Source: Longimicrobiales bacterium (GTDB lineage: Bacteria; Gemmatimonadota; Gemmatimonadetes; Longimicrobiales; Gaopeijiaceae). Taken from it: a stretch of 64,000 nucleotides of DNA. Shown here piece after piece: positions 26,505-35,497 of the stretch (within the stretch, counting starts at the first letter, position 1; every line of letters begins with the position of its first letter). The notes under the pieces are model-generated. The model was not told the origin of the DNA and did no database searches. It saw only the letters and a list, made by a program, of their open reading frames with translations. Made by a program: the position numbers and the translations under genes. The DNA lies in the NCBI GenBank assembly GCA_965223925.1, contig OZ245028.1, positions 2,914,022 through 2,978,021 of the forward strand, in the 5' to 3' direction.

Positions 26505-28166
26505 CTAGCCAATCAATCGCCCCAGAATCGTCACGATCTCCTCGTGGCCGGCGGACCGCGCCCGGGCGAGCGGCGTCGCGGGCGGGAGATCGCGAGGAAG
26601 CGCGGGATCGGCTCCGTGCCCGAGCAGAAACCGGACCGTCGCCTCGTGCCCCTTCCGGGCGGCCCACGCCAGGGGTGTGCCTCGGTACTCGTCGTCCAGG
26701 GCGTCCAGATCGGCGCCATGCTCGATCATCAGCCGGGCGTTGTCCGTGTCCCCACGCCCCGCGTAGTGGTGAAGCGCGGTCTTGCCGAGCCAGTCGGGGC
26801 GGTTGGGGTCGAAGCCGGCTTCGATCAGACGTTCGAGGACGGCGGGTGACTTGACGCAGACGTTCGGATCTCCCCGGCGGAGAGAGCCTCCGTGGAGGCG
26901 GAGTGCTGCCCCCGGGACCGCCCGCAGCAGGAGGTCGGCCAGGGGGAGGTCGTTGCGGCAGAACACCTCTTCGGCGAAGTCGGCGGTCGTCGTTACGGCC
27001 GCGCGGGTGGCGATGGCCTCTCGCAGTTCGCCGATGGTCATCGACCAGATGGGTGTGGTGGCGCCGTGGTTGCGGAGGAGACGCTCGATTTCGGACGCCG
27101 AGTCGCCCGCCCAGGCGACCGCGATTCCCAGGCAGCTGTCCGACGAGTCGGGCGCGGCGTGCGGATCGGCCCCGTGCTCCAGCAGCACTTCCACCATGGC
27201 CGTGTCGCCGCGTGCGCAGGCCATCCAGAGCGCGTGGCCCTCGCTCGCGAGCTCTTCGGGCTGGCTGGGGTCGGCCCCGTGCCGGAGGAGCAGACGCACC
27301 ATGTCCAGATGGCCGGCGCGCGCGGCGTAGGTGAGCGGGCTCCGCCGACCCGAATCCAGACTGCGGGCACGCTCGGGATCCTCTTCCAGCAGTGCCCGGG
27401 CCCGAGCCTCGTTCCCGGAGGCGCAGGCCGCGGAGAGGTCGAGGGTGGCCCCGGCCCCCAGCAACGCCTCCAGAACGGTGGCGGCGTCGGGATGTGAGAT
27501 CCCCTTCAGCTCCCGCCAGACGCGGAACTCGTAGTCCCCGTTGAAGAGCAGATGCGCCGGGGTCTGCCCGTCGCTGCGGCGGCCGTCGGGATTCGCGCCC
27601 CGCTCGCACAACAGGGTCAGGAGACCGGGCTGGCGGGTCATGACGGCCCAGTGAACGGCGTTGTTGCCGTGCAGGTCGGCGGCGGCCGCGAGCTTCGGAT
27701 GAGCGAGCAGCGTCGCCTCGACCTGCCCCGCGTCCCGGGTGACCATGGCGTCCCGCAGCTCCGCGAACCGGGAATCATATCCGAAGCGTCTCCCCGCCTC
27801 ATGCTCGAGAATCCCGCGAACCTCCTGGAAGCCCATGGCGGCCGCTCGACGGACCAGCTTCTTCCATCCGGAGTCCATGAAACGCGTGCGGCCCGGCTCG
27901 GCGCCCGCATCCAGCAGAGCGCGCACGACCGCGGGACGGTTCGCGTAGACGGCGAAGTGAATCGGCTGCGTGTACCAGTACTGGGCGTGGACCAGAGCGG
28001 GATCGTGCTCGATCAGCGCGCTCACCCGTGCGAGGTCACCGTCCCGGCACGCGTCGAAGAGGGCCCAGGCCTCCTCGCCGTCCACGGGATCCACGTCGTA
28101 CAGGTACCGCCCCGACATCTCCGCCGGGGGCGTCCTGGAGCGCCTCCCCACGGGAGGGTCCTTCAT
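26505..28166 (-). CDS. Ankyrin-repeat protein (about 12 or more repeats).
   Basis: Reiterated G.T.LH.AA..GH...V..LL..GADP units across 553 aa. Confidence 0.85.
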   Translation of the reverse strand: MKDPPVGRRSRTPPAEMSGRYLYDVDPVDGEEAWALFDACRDGDLARVSALIEHDPALVHAQYWYTQPIHFAVYANRPAVVRALLDAGAEPGRTRFMDSGWKKLVRRAAAMGFQEVRGILEHEAGRRFGYDSRFAELRDAMVTRDAGQVEATLLAHPKLAAAADLHGNNAVHWAVMTRQPGLLTLLCERGANPDGRRSDGQTPAHLLFNGDYEFRVWRELKGISHPDAATVLEALLGAGATLDLSAACASGNEARARALLEEDPERARSLDSGRRSPLTYAARAGHLDMVRLLLRHGADPSQPEELASEGHALWMACARGDTAMVEVLLEHGADPHAAPDSSDSCLGIAVAWAGDSASEIERLLRNHGATTPIWSMTIGELREAIATRAAVTTTADFAEEVFCRNDLPLADLLLRAVPGAALRLHGGSLRRGDPNVCVKSPAVLERLIEAGFDPNRPDWLGKTALHHYAGRGDTDNARLMIEHGADLDALDDEYRGTPLAWAARKGHEATVRFLLGHGADPALPRDLPPATPLARARSAGHEEIVTILGRLIG

Positions 28167-28260
28167 GATGCCTCACAGGTCAGGGTGGTCAACGCGGGAT
28201 GCCCTCCGTGAGTTGTCGGCGATCAACGGCTGCTCCCTTGTCAATCGTAGCGGCCCCCTG

Positions 28261-29120
28261 CTAGCCGCCGGACCGTTCCAGCGGCCAGAGTTGCACGTAT
28301 TCCACCCCGAGTTCGTCAGACGCCCACCCCAGGATGTAGTCCTCGCCGATCTCGCGGATCCGCAGACTTTTCGGCGTCTCCAAGAGTCCCAACATCCGCC
28401 CTTGCGCGTCGAACACCGTCCACAGTGGCGCAGGCCTTTCCTCGAATGGAAAGTCGTATTCCCGCACCCAGAGGTAACCCGCCTTGTCGCTCCTGACCGA
28501 ACTGAAGGCGGGAAAGTGTTCGGCGACGGGCACGCCCTGGTATCGCTCACGCACCTGTTCGGGACTCAACCCGGGGGGAGAGTTCTCCGCCCTGTGAGCC
28601 CAGACTTCTGCTTCGGTCGGCGCGCGCGGCTCATGTCCGCGCCGGACGATCCGGACCAGGGTGCCGTCCCTGGTGAAGGCCTTCAACTCGTAGCGCTTCA
28701 TGGGGCTGATGATGACAAGGTCGCCCCAGAGTGCGACGAACGTTCCGCTGCCGTAGGTCGCGACCAACCGCGCTCCCTTCGGCTCCCTGTCGGCATGCGT
28801 CCCGAGCGAGGTCAGCACCTCGCCTTCGCCATCTCTGATTTGCACGACGATCCTGCTGCCATCTGCATTGGACGAGGCGGTGAGGATCCCGCCGTCCCTT
28901 GTGGTGGACTCCGGACTCCAGCGGAACCCCGGAGTACCTCCGTCGTCCGCCAGGGTGAAGGTGCGGCCGAAGTTGCCCCTGTCGTCAAAGACGGACAGAC
29001 CGGCCCGCGGTGCCCGCCATGTCAGTATCGAGTCGCCCGGCCACGGCTCGACCGTCAGGAGGCGTTCGGATACCACCGACAGCCACCAGCCGAAAGATGG
29101 TTCGGGCCCCGGGCGTGTCA
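28261..29120 (-). pseudogene. C-terminal ~two-thirds of a beta-propeller paralogue with no signal peptide or start.
   Basis: It ends ...EDYILGWASDELGVEYVQLWPLERSGG*, matching the family C-terminus D[ED][LM][DG]V..V.V..L..GG. The ORF-track entry 28261..29745 reads through from the SDR pseudogene. Confidence 0.5.
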
Positions 29121-29171
29121 AGCGCGGCCCATGTCCTGGTTGGCGCTCATAAAGCGCTCTGGACACCGCGG

Positions 29172-29691
29172 TCAATCGTGACGGTCCAGCCAGCGCCGCA
29201 GCCGCCCGACCTCTTCCCCCGCGGCCGGATCGAGCTCCGCCTGGTAGAGCCGGCTGCGGACGATGAAGAGGTTCATCTCGGTCGGCTCCTCGTCCCCATT
29301 GACGATCTCCTGCACCTTGCGCGGGAAGAAGGTGCCCCAGTTCGGCCGGCGGCCATCGACATCGGTCAGGCCGTACTCCCTCGAGAGCGTCCAGGTCGAG
29401 AACACGCCGCCGCTCTTCGGCACGGACCCTCGCGAAGAGCTGCTCCACTTCGGACTCGACCGTGTGGTCGGTGCGGACGGCGATGCCCCGGCCCCCCTCC
29501 GCGGTGACCAGCTCCGCCGTCTCCTCGATGGTCTCCGGACGCCCGGGCGTGGCGGGCCGCCCCCGCACGCTGCGCCCGGTGCAGTAGACGGTGGCGCCCG
29601 CCGCTCCCAGCATGCGAGCGATGCCCCGGCCGGCCCCGCGCGTCGCGCCGGCGACGACGGCCACCTGGTTGCGGAGCGGGTGTTTGGGCAT
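29172..29691 (-). pseudogene. SDR oxidoreductase with a large internal deletion and frame change.
   Basis: The N-terminal part is VAVVAGATRGAGRGIARMLGAAGATVYCTGRS...LFARVRAEE. It jumps near 29405 into another frame encoding a protein-like C-terminal tail, GGVFSTWTLSREYGLTDVDGRRPNWG...*. The catalytic middle (YxxxK region) is absent. Confidence 0.55.
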
Positions 29692-29835
29692 GGTGCTTCC
29701 TGCGTGAAGCTGGCGCTCGGTGCCGCTCTCCTCATTCATGGCCATTCCTCATGTGGCTCCAGCGGGGTAGTTTCGCCAGCAGGGCTGCTTCTGCACCGCT
29801 ATCGAGCATGGCGCTGATCTTAATGACAACTGTGA

Positions 29836-29864
29836 TTGACATGATGTAAAGCAAACATTACATT
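29836..29864 (+). promoter_or_regulatory. Sigma70-like promoter TTGACA-N17-TACATT overlapped by the inverted repeat ATGTAA-N8-TTACAT.
   Basis: ttgaca at 29836-29841 and tacatt at 29859-29864. Inverted-repeat arms at 29844-29849 and 29858-29863. It lies in an AT-rich patch upstream of 30066..31041. Confidence 0.35.
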
Positions 29865-30065
29865 TCATGGGCACACCCTGCCTGTTGGTCTTGCCCGCCC
29901 GATCCCCGACGCTGGACCGGGAGCGCGCCGCTTGCAATTCGGTAGCTCGGTCTGATAGGATGAAGGTCACATCTGCAGAGTCACCAGCACCAGCATTGAA
30001 CGCGCACCGAAACTTGGCCGATTCGGCTATGGTAATGACCCACAGTTCTTTCCATTAATCCACCG

Positions 30066-30299
30066 ATGAGGGCGGATGCGCCCTCGCTACCCCGGTTCGA
30101 CCCCGAGAAGCGAGAGAGTGAGCTGATGGAGAGCAACACCAAGCCCAAGAACGAGCCGCAACGGACCATCCACCATACCGAGGGCGGTGGCCATTCGGTT
30201 GATGCTCGCGAAATCCTCCAGAGCAAGCGAGCTCAGAAACTGATTTCCGAAGTCGCGAGCAGACTGAAGGTCTCGCGCACCGACGGATCTCCTCGCTGA
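30066..30299 (+). CDS. Small hypothetical protein (alternative start ATG at 30126).
   Basis: The ORF is hydrophilic (MESNTKPKNEPQRTIHHTEGGGHSVDAREILQSKRAQKLISEVASRLKV) and sits in a patch of lower GC than its surroundings. No recognisable family. Confidence 0.35.
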   Translation: MRADAPSLPRFDPEKRESELMESNTKPKNEPQRTIHHTEGGGHSVDAREILQSKRAQKLISEVASRLKVSRTDGSPR

Positions 30300-30345
30300 C
30301 CGCCACCCTGACTCCGTAGTCCTTTTCGCCCCCCGCTGAGACCTG

Positions 30346-31041
30346 ATGGGGTTCGGCCTCCTTTTCGTGCCCCTCGTGGGCGGCTATCTCTTCCTGACAC
30401 GCTGTCATTGGACCCGGTTTTCGGTCCGTCGCCAAAGCGGGCACCACCTTCTCTTCGGGTCCGCGTCTGCCGGCCTGCTACTCCTGGCGGCGGCTTGGAT
30501 GTTGGCTGTCCTGGCGGAAGAGCCGCTGGGCAGCAACGTGCTTGTGGTGGAGTACTGGCCGATTCTCGTGCCTTTCCCCTATGTGGGCACCATCGCCCTG
30601 GCTTTCGTTCTCGGTCCGACTGCCGCAGTCCTGGTCAATCTGATATACACCGAGTCCAAGGGAGCGATGCGTGCCGTCCGCCGGGCCGGCAATTCCATGG
30701 AACGTCTATTCGTCGAATCCATGGGGGTCGATTCCGTGGTTGAACTCACTCTGCATTCCGGCAAGGTGTATGTCGGATGGATCCTCAACGCGAGTGTGGC
30801 CGAACCCGAGAGGAAGTTCGTTGAGATGCTACCTCTGGCCAGCGGCTTCAGGACCAAGGAGACCCACGAACTGCAGTTTACAACGAACTATGCGCCGGTA
30901 TTGGTAGCGAACGCGAGCGACGGCGAGGACGGGACGGACATCGACTTTCAGGTCGTCGTTCCGGTCTCCGAGGTGCGGAGCGCGCGACCGTTCGACTTCG
31001 GGACGTACTTCCAGTTTCAGGAATTCGGTCAGGTGGCCTGA
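30346..31041 (+). CDS. Hypothetical membrane protein: 3-4 N-terminal TM helices plus a soluble beta-rich C-terminal domain.
   Basis: TM segments GFGLLFVPLVGGYLF, LLFGSASAGLLLLAAAWMLAVL and PYVGTIALAFVLGPTAAVLV. C-terminal VVELTLHSGKVYVGWILNAS...VEMLPLASGFR (Sm/SH3-like strand pattern). Confidence 0.55.
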   Translation: MGFGLLFVPLVGGYLFLTRCHWTRFSVRRQSGHHLLFGSASAGLLLLAAAWMLAVLAEEPLGSNVLVVEYWPILVPFPYVGTIALAFVLGPTAAVLVNLIYTESKGAMRAVRRAGNSMERLFVESMGVDSVVELTLHSGKVYVGWILNASVAEPERKFVEMLPLASGFRTKETHELQFTTNYAPVLVANASDGEDGTDIDFQVVVPVSEVRSARPFDFGTYFQFQEFGQVA

Positions 31042-31102
31042 ACCGGGTGCGGGCGGCGCCCGCCAGCGCGGCCAAATCCCCTACAGGTCCCGGAGCCGTA
31101 GG

Positions 31103-33274
31103 CTACCGCCTCACGCGCACCACGTCGCGAACCCGGTCGCGCACCTCTTCGGCGCGACCCGCTTCCTCCAGCAGGCTCCAAAGCCGTTCGATCGTCCGGG
31201 AGTCGACATTGCCGGGCACGGTCGTCTGCCAGTGCTGATCCGCGCGGAATCGGTCCACGACGTCCACCGTCTCCTGGTCGTAGACGAGCACGCCGGGAGA
31301 ATCGATGGATGGGGAGGGCGAGGCGGGGCGGTAGTAGCCGAGCGCGTGGAGCATCACCTTCAGCTGGAACACGTCGCGGCCCACGAACTGCTCGAGCCTG
31401 CGGAAGCCGAGCGTCTCGGACGCCACGGCGTAGATCCGGCGCAGTTCGTGGACCGGCTCCGGATGTTCGCAGACGTTGATGTCGGTCGTGACCCCGTCGG
31501 GGCTGCGGGACATTCCGGGCCGTGGATCCGCCACCAGCACCGCCGCGGACTGGGTCTCCCCGTGACGGCCGTCGCCGCCCAGAAGCTGGCCCGCCCGGAG
31601 CGCCTCAATCAGCCTGTCGGCGAGGTGGCGCCCCGATCCCTCACTTCTATCGAAGGCGACCGCCACGGAATCCACCACCGCCGTGCCGACCAGCGAATTG
31701 CCCTGAACGGCGTAGTGCAAGCCCGACCGCTCGGCAACCCAGTCGCCCTGCTCTTCGGCTCCGTACTGCCCCGATCCCGTCCACTGCGCCGACCGGCCGT
31801 CCACACCGATCACACCCACCTGCCTGCGCTCGCGACCCTCGTCGGCGGCCACCACCCTGTCCATGGCTTCCTGCGGCGCCACCCCCTGTTCCAGGAGATC
31901 GAGCAGGTCGTTGCCGTACTCCAGCCGGGTGCCCCCCTGGGTGGCCACGGCACCCACACCCGCACGGACCCAGGGAACCGCGTTGCCCACACAGGGGTTT
32001 CGCGTCGTGACCGCCACGCCCGACTCGCCCGTCGAGGGATCGATCGCCACGATCGAAAAGGTGTTGAACAACGGCTCGATGTCGTTGGGAACCGGCTCCA
32101 GCCGCACGACTGCGGTCAGCTCCTCCGCGTGCTCCAGGGCCAGGTAGATGAGTCCGTCCGGGCCCTCGCGGACGTCACGGATCCGGCCCAGCTCTCCTTC
32201 GAGGAGTGTCTCCAGGCTGACGGCGTCGCGCCCCTCGAGCGTCACGCGGGCGAGCTGCTGGCCGACCATTCCGCCGACGAATGCGCTGCCGCGCCACCAG
32301 GGGAAGCTGTCGCCCCGGTAGATCATCATGCCCGAGGTGCCGATAGAAGGGATCCAGACGAACCTGGGCGACTCCAGGCCCGAGCGTTGCGTCTCGTTGG
32401 TGAACACGGTGCCGTCGTAGTTGATGCCGTGGGAGACCACCGGCCAGCCGTAGTTGGCTCCGCCCACGATCAGGTTGAGTTCGTCCCCGCCCCGAGGGCC
32501 GTGCTCGTTCGACCAGACATCTCCAGTGAGCGGGTCGACCGTGAGCCCCTGGATGTTCCGGTGGCCGTAGCTCCAGACCTCGGGGAGCGCATCGCCCCGT
32601 CCGACAAACGGGTTGTCGGAGGGCACGCTCCCGTCGTCGTGGAGGCGCACGATGGTCCCCATGTGATTGCTCAGGTCCAGTGCCGGGTGATCGGCCAGAG
32701 CGTTCGGTGTCACCATCCGGTCGCCCACCGCGACATACAGATAGCCATCCGGACCAAACGCCATGCGACCGGCAAAGTGGTTGTTGTTGTCGCCCCAGGC
32801 GTCGGCCTCGAAGATCTCTTCCACGTCCGTCACCCGGTCCCCCTCCCACCGTCCCCGGACCACCGCAGTGGCCCCCTCCGACCCGTCGTGGTTGGCCTTG
32901 CCGTAGCTCAGGTACAGCCAGCCATTCCGCGCAAAACCGGGGTGCGGAAGAACGTCCATGAAGCCGCCCTGCCCCTGTTCGCGATAGACCTCGGGCAGGC
33001 CCGCAACCGGGTCGGGCTGAAGGGCACCGTCGCGCACCACCCGAACTCTTCCCGGGCGCTCCACGATCAGCATCTCCCCTCCCGAAAGCCACGCCATCGA
33101 CCAGGGATGGTCCAGCCCGTCCGCGACAGTCGTCACCCGGAAATCGTGGCGGGCCGATGAGTACACCCGGGCGGTGGAATCGTTGGCGGCCTCCTCCTCC
33201 GACGCTGGTGTGGGCGAGCACGCGCAGGCCAAAACGGTGATCCCGACGCTCGTTCCGATCATTGCAAGTCGCAT
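31103..33274 (-). CDS. Lipoprotein fusion: PQQ-dependent sugar dehydrogenase-type beta-propeller + DUF1028-like (Ntn-hydrolase fold) domain + peptidoglycan-binding-like tail.
   Basis: Start MRLAMIGTSVGITVLACACS with GAGGAGG upstream. sGDH-like blocks are LDHPWSMAWL, GGFMDVLPHP, GHRNIQGL, GPRGGDELN and ANYGWP. These are followed by FSIVAIDPSTGESGVAVTTR...QGNSL (DUF1028-like) and LHALGYY...VDVVDRFRADQ. Confidence 0.8.
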   Translation of the reverse strand: MRLAMIGTSVGITVLACACSPTPASEEEAANDSTARVYSSARHDFRVTTVADGLDHPWSMAWLSGGEMLIVERPGRVRVVRDGALQPDPVAGLPEVYREQGQGGFMDVLPHPGFARNGWLYLSYGKANHDGSEGATAVVRGRWEGDRVTDVEEIFEADAWGDNNNHFAGRMAFGPDGYLYVAVGDRMVTPNALADHPALDLSNHMGTIVRLHDDGSVPSDNPFVGRGDALPEVWSYGHRNIQGLTVDPLTGDVWSNEHGPRGGDELNLIVGGANYGWPVVSHGINYDGTVFTNETQRSGLESPRFVWIPSIGTSGMMIYRGDSFPWWRGSAFVGGMVGQQLARVTLEGRDAVSLETLLEGELGRIRDVREGPDGLIYLALEHAEELTAVVRLEPVPNDIEPLFNTFSIVAIDPSTGESGVAVTTRNPCVGNAVPWVRAGVGAVATQGGTRLEYGNDLLDLLEQGVAPQEAMDRVVAADEGRERRQVGVIGVDGRSAQWTGSGQYGAEEQGDWVAERSGLHYAVQGNSLVGTAVVDSVAVAFDRSEGSGRHLADRLIEALRAGQLLGGDGRHGETQSAAVLVADPRPGMSRSPDGVTTDINVCEHPEPVHELRRIYAVASETLGFRRLEQFVGRDVFQLKVMLHALGYYRPASPSPSIDSPGVLVYDQETVDVVDRFRADQHWQTTVPGNVDSRTIERLWSLLEEAGRAEEVRDRVRDVVRVRR

Positions 33275-33424
33275 GGCAACCTCCTCAAGCGCTCCCGGGC
33301 GCGGCCCGGATCCTGTCATCGACCGTTGACCCACGCAGTCCAAGCCTCTTTCCAGCCAGCCATCTTCCCCATCGTACGTTAAGCAACCCTGGCCATATGG
33401 ACGACTGTCCAAAGCCGTGGGGAC

Positions 33425-34018
33425 AATCCGGCTCGGGCGCAGTCGGCCCAGCCGAGACCGGCCGCCGAGGTGCGCCTGTCGGCTGAACCGGTCCTCTCCA
33501 TCGGGATGCTCGATGGGCCGGACGAGTACCTCTTCGCCGGGATCAACGCTGGCACCCTGCTCGCCGACGCAAGCGTGGTCGTGTCCGATCAGCAGCACTT
33601 CCGGGTCCAGCGGTTCAGCGCCGAGGGGGAGCACCTGTGGAGCCGCGGCCAACCGGGCGAGGGGCCGGGCGAGTTCAGGAATGTCTGGATCGCGGAGGGG
33701 TGCGCGAGCGAGGAATCGATCGTCGTGTACGACATCTGGACCACGCGGGTCTACGTGTTCGACAAGGAAGGCAATCTCGTGGACGAGTACCGCTTCCTGT
33801 ACAACGGACTGCCGCTGCGCGATTTCGCGTGTGCGCCCAGCGGGCGCCTGGGCTTCATGGGGTCCAGTGTCGGGATAGGCGAGGAGGGCGTCGAGCCCGG
33901 GGAACTCTTCCGCGCACTCCTGTCGCTGGGCTCCGCGGAACTTGGAGACACGGCCACGACGACGCTGCGTGAGAGGATCCTGGACCCAACTCCGCCCCGC
34001 CCTGTCAACTGTGAGTGA
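33425..34018 (+). pseudogene. Internal fragment of a paralogue of 41903..43087, lacking both the signal peptide and the C-terminal half.
   Basis: Nucleotide similarity to 41975 onward starts at about 33425. [24 protein letters not shown]...GEGPGEFRNV...[12 protein letters not shown], then unrelated sequence and a stop. Confidence 0.7.
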
Positions 34019-34087
34019 CATGACGTAAGGTAGAGTTTACATCCCGTCAGATCTCTGGGCGACCTGTTCGCCGCAGGAGTACCCACA

Positions 34088-35335
34088 ATGCGAAAGCCAT
34101 TGGCAGCGTTCGGCGCAGTCGTCGTCTCATTCAGCCGCTCGCCAACCCGAACCCATCTCATCCTCCTGCTCCTGGCACCAGCCGCCGCCTGCGCACCCGA
34201 CCCCTCGCCCCCCGCCCACGCCCCACCCCTGATCCAAGACAGCGCCGGCATCCGGATCGTCACCTACGAGCGCACCCCAACCGCCGCCGCCCCCTTCCAG
34301 CTCGCCGCAGAGCCACGGTACCGCCACGGCGCCAGCCCGGGTGACTATGCCTTGCAGGAGGTTGGCGTCGGCCGCCTCTTACCGGACGGCAGCGCGGTCG
34401 TCTACGACCCATGGAACAGCGAACTGGTCGTTCTCGGCCAGGATGGCACGACGTACGAGGTGCTTGCCACGGAGGGAGAGGGACCCGGGGAAGTGGGCTC
34501 TGTCAGTGCCATATTCGCACTGGGGCAGGACAGTGTCCTGGTGGCTGACCTCAACCTCGGCCGGATGACTCTTTTCGTCGGCGCTTCGGTCGCGCGCACC
34601 GCGGGCCTCAGGCTCTCCGGCCGCCTCGGTGTGGAGGGAATCGGTTCATCCGGCGAGTTGCTGCTGGCCACTTACTGGGGTCCGTCCGTATTCGAAGAGG
34701 AATGGCTCCCCGGGCACATGATCCGGTTCGACATGGAGACCGGCGCCCTCGACACAATCGCGTCATACGATCTCAATCCGCGTATCCCGCCGGGGCTTCA
34801 GTGGGACCCGATCCGAGCGGCTGGCGAGGTCATGGTGGCCGCCGGGCAGTTCGTCTACACCAGGTCCGACAGGCCGGAGGTTACCTGGCGTCTGCCCGAT
34901 GGCACGGTAACGCAGATCATCCGGTGGCAGGCCGAGCCGGCTTTGCTGACCGAGGAGTGGCTGGAGCCCATTGAAGCCGAGCACCTTATTTCGGTTCGCA
35001 TGCACAGCCCCGGCGTTCCCGATGCCCGGATCGCGGAGATCACCCGAAGGAACATGGCCGCCTATCACGCCGGCATCGGCCGGCCGATGCCGCTCTTCGG
35101 TTCGCCGTTCGCCGACGCCGAAGGAAGGATATGGCTGCCGTCCTACAAGCCGGGCGGTGAGCGCCATAGTGTGGCCCCCTACAGCGTGATCGCGCCCGAC
35201 GGGGAGTGGCTGGGCACGGTCGAGGCTCCGCCCGGGTTCCGTATGCTCGATGTAGCCGGAGGGCTCGTCCTCGGCGTGGCGCGAGACGAAATGGATGTGG
35301 AGAGCGTCGTGGTGTACGAGTTGGTGGGTGGGTAG
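34088..35335 (+). CDS. GEGPGE-motif beta-propeller lipoprotein paralogue (subtype A).
   Basis: Lipobox LAPAAAC. IQDSAGIRIVTYE...TEGEGPGEVGSV... C-terminal DEMDVESVVVYELVGG*. Confidence 0.75.
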   Translation: MRKPLAAFGAVVVSFSRSPTRTHLILLLLAPAAACAPDPSPPAHAPPLIQDSAGIRIVTYERTPTAAAPFQLAAEPRYRHGASPGDYALQEVGVGRLLPDGSAVVYDPWNSELVVLGQDGTTYEVLATEGEGPGEVGSVSAIFALGQDSVLVADLNLGRMTLFVGASVARTAGLRLSGRLGVEGIGSSGELLLATYWGPSVFEEEWLPGHMIRFDMETGALDTIASYDLNPRIPPGLQWDPIRAAGEVMVAAGQFVYTRSDRPEVTWRLPDGTVTQIIRWQAEPALLTEEWLEPIEAEHLISVRMHSPGVPDARIAEITRRNMAAYHAGIGRPMPLFGSPFADAEGRIWLPSYKPGGERHSVAPYSVIAPDGEWLGTVEAPPGFRMLDVAGGLVLGVARDEMDVESVVVYELVGG

Positions 35336-35497
35336 TGGTTACCGCCAGAGACGGCGACGTCAGCGTTGAGGTCGATTCGACCTATGCCGAAGTCGTCGAG
35401 TTCGTCTTTTCGTGGACTGTAAGTGCGGGGTGGCTCCCGTGCTCCCGCAAGAGGGCCACGGAGCGAATACAGATGTACCGGCTGGAGGGAGAGTAAG

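Noticed and set aside
26494-27609. Alternative-frame ORFs inside the ankyrin gene (26494..27609 and several plus-strand ORFs).
   Set aside because: Only the 26505..28166 frame yields ankyrin repeats. The others are Arg/Pro-rich.
31232-34021. The plus-strand 642-aa ORF 31232..33160 and the 5' extension of the 972-aa minus-strand ORF up to 34021.
   Set aside because: The plus-strand ORF is antisense to the dehydrogenase fusion. The minus-strand extension beyond 33274 is antisense to the propeller fragment. It also precedes an obvious lipoprotein start with a strong RBS.
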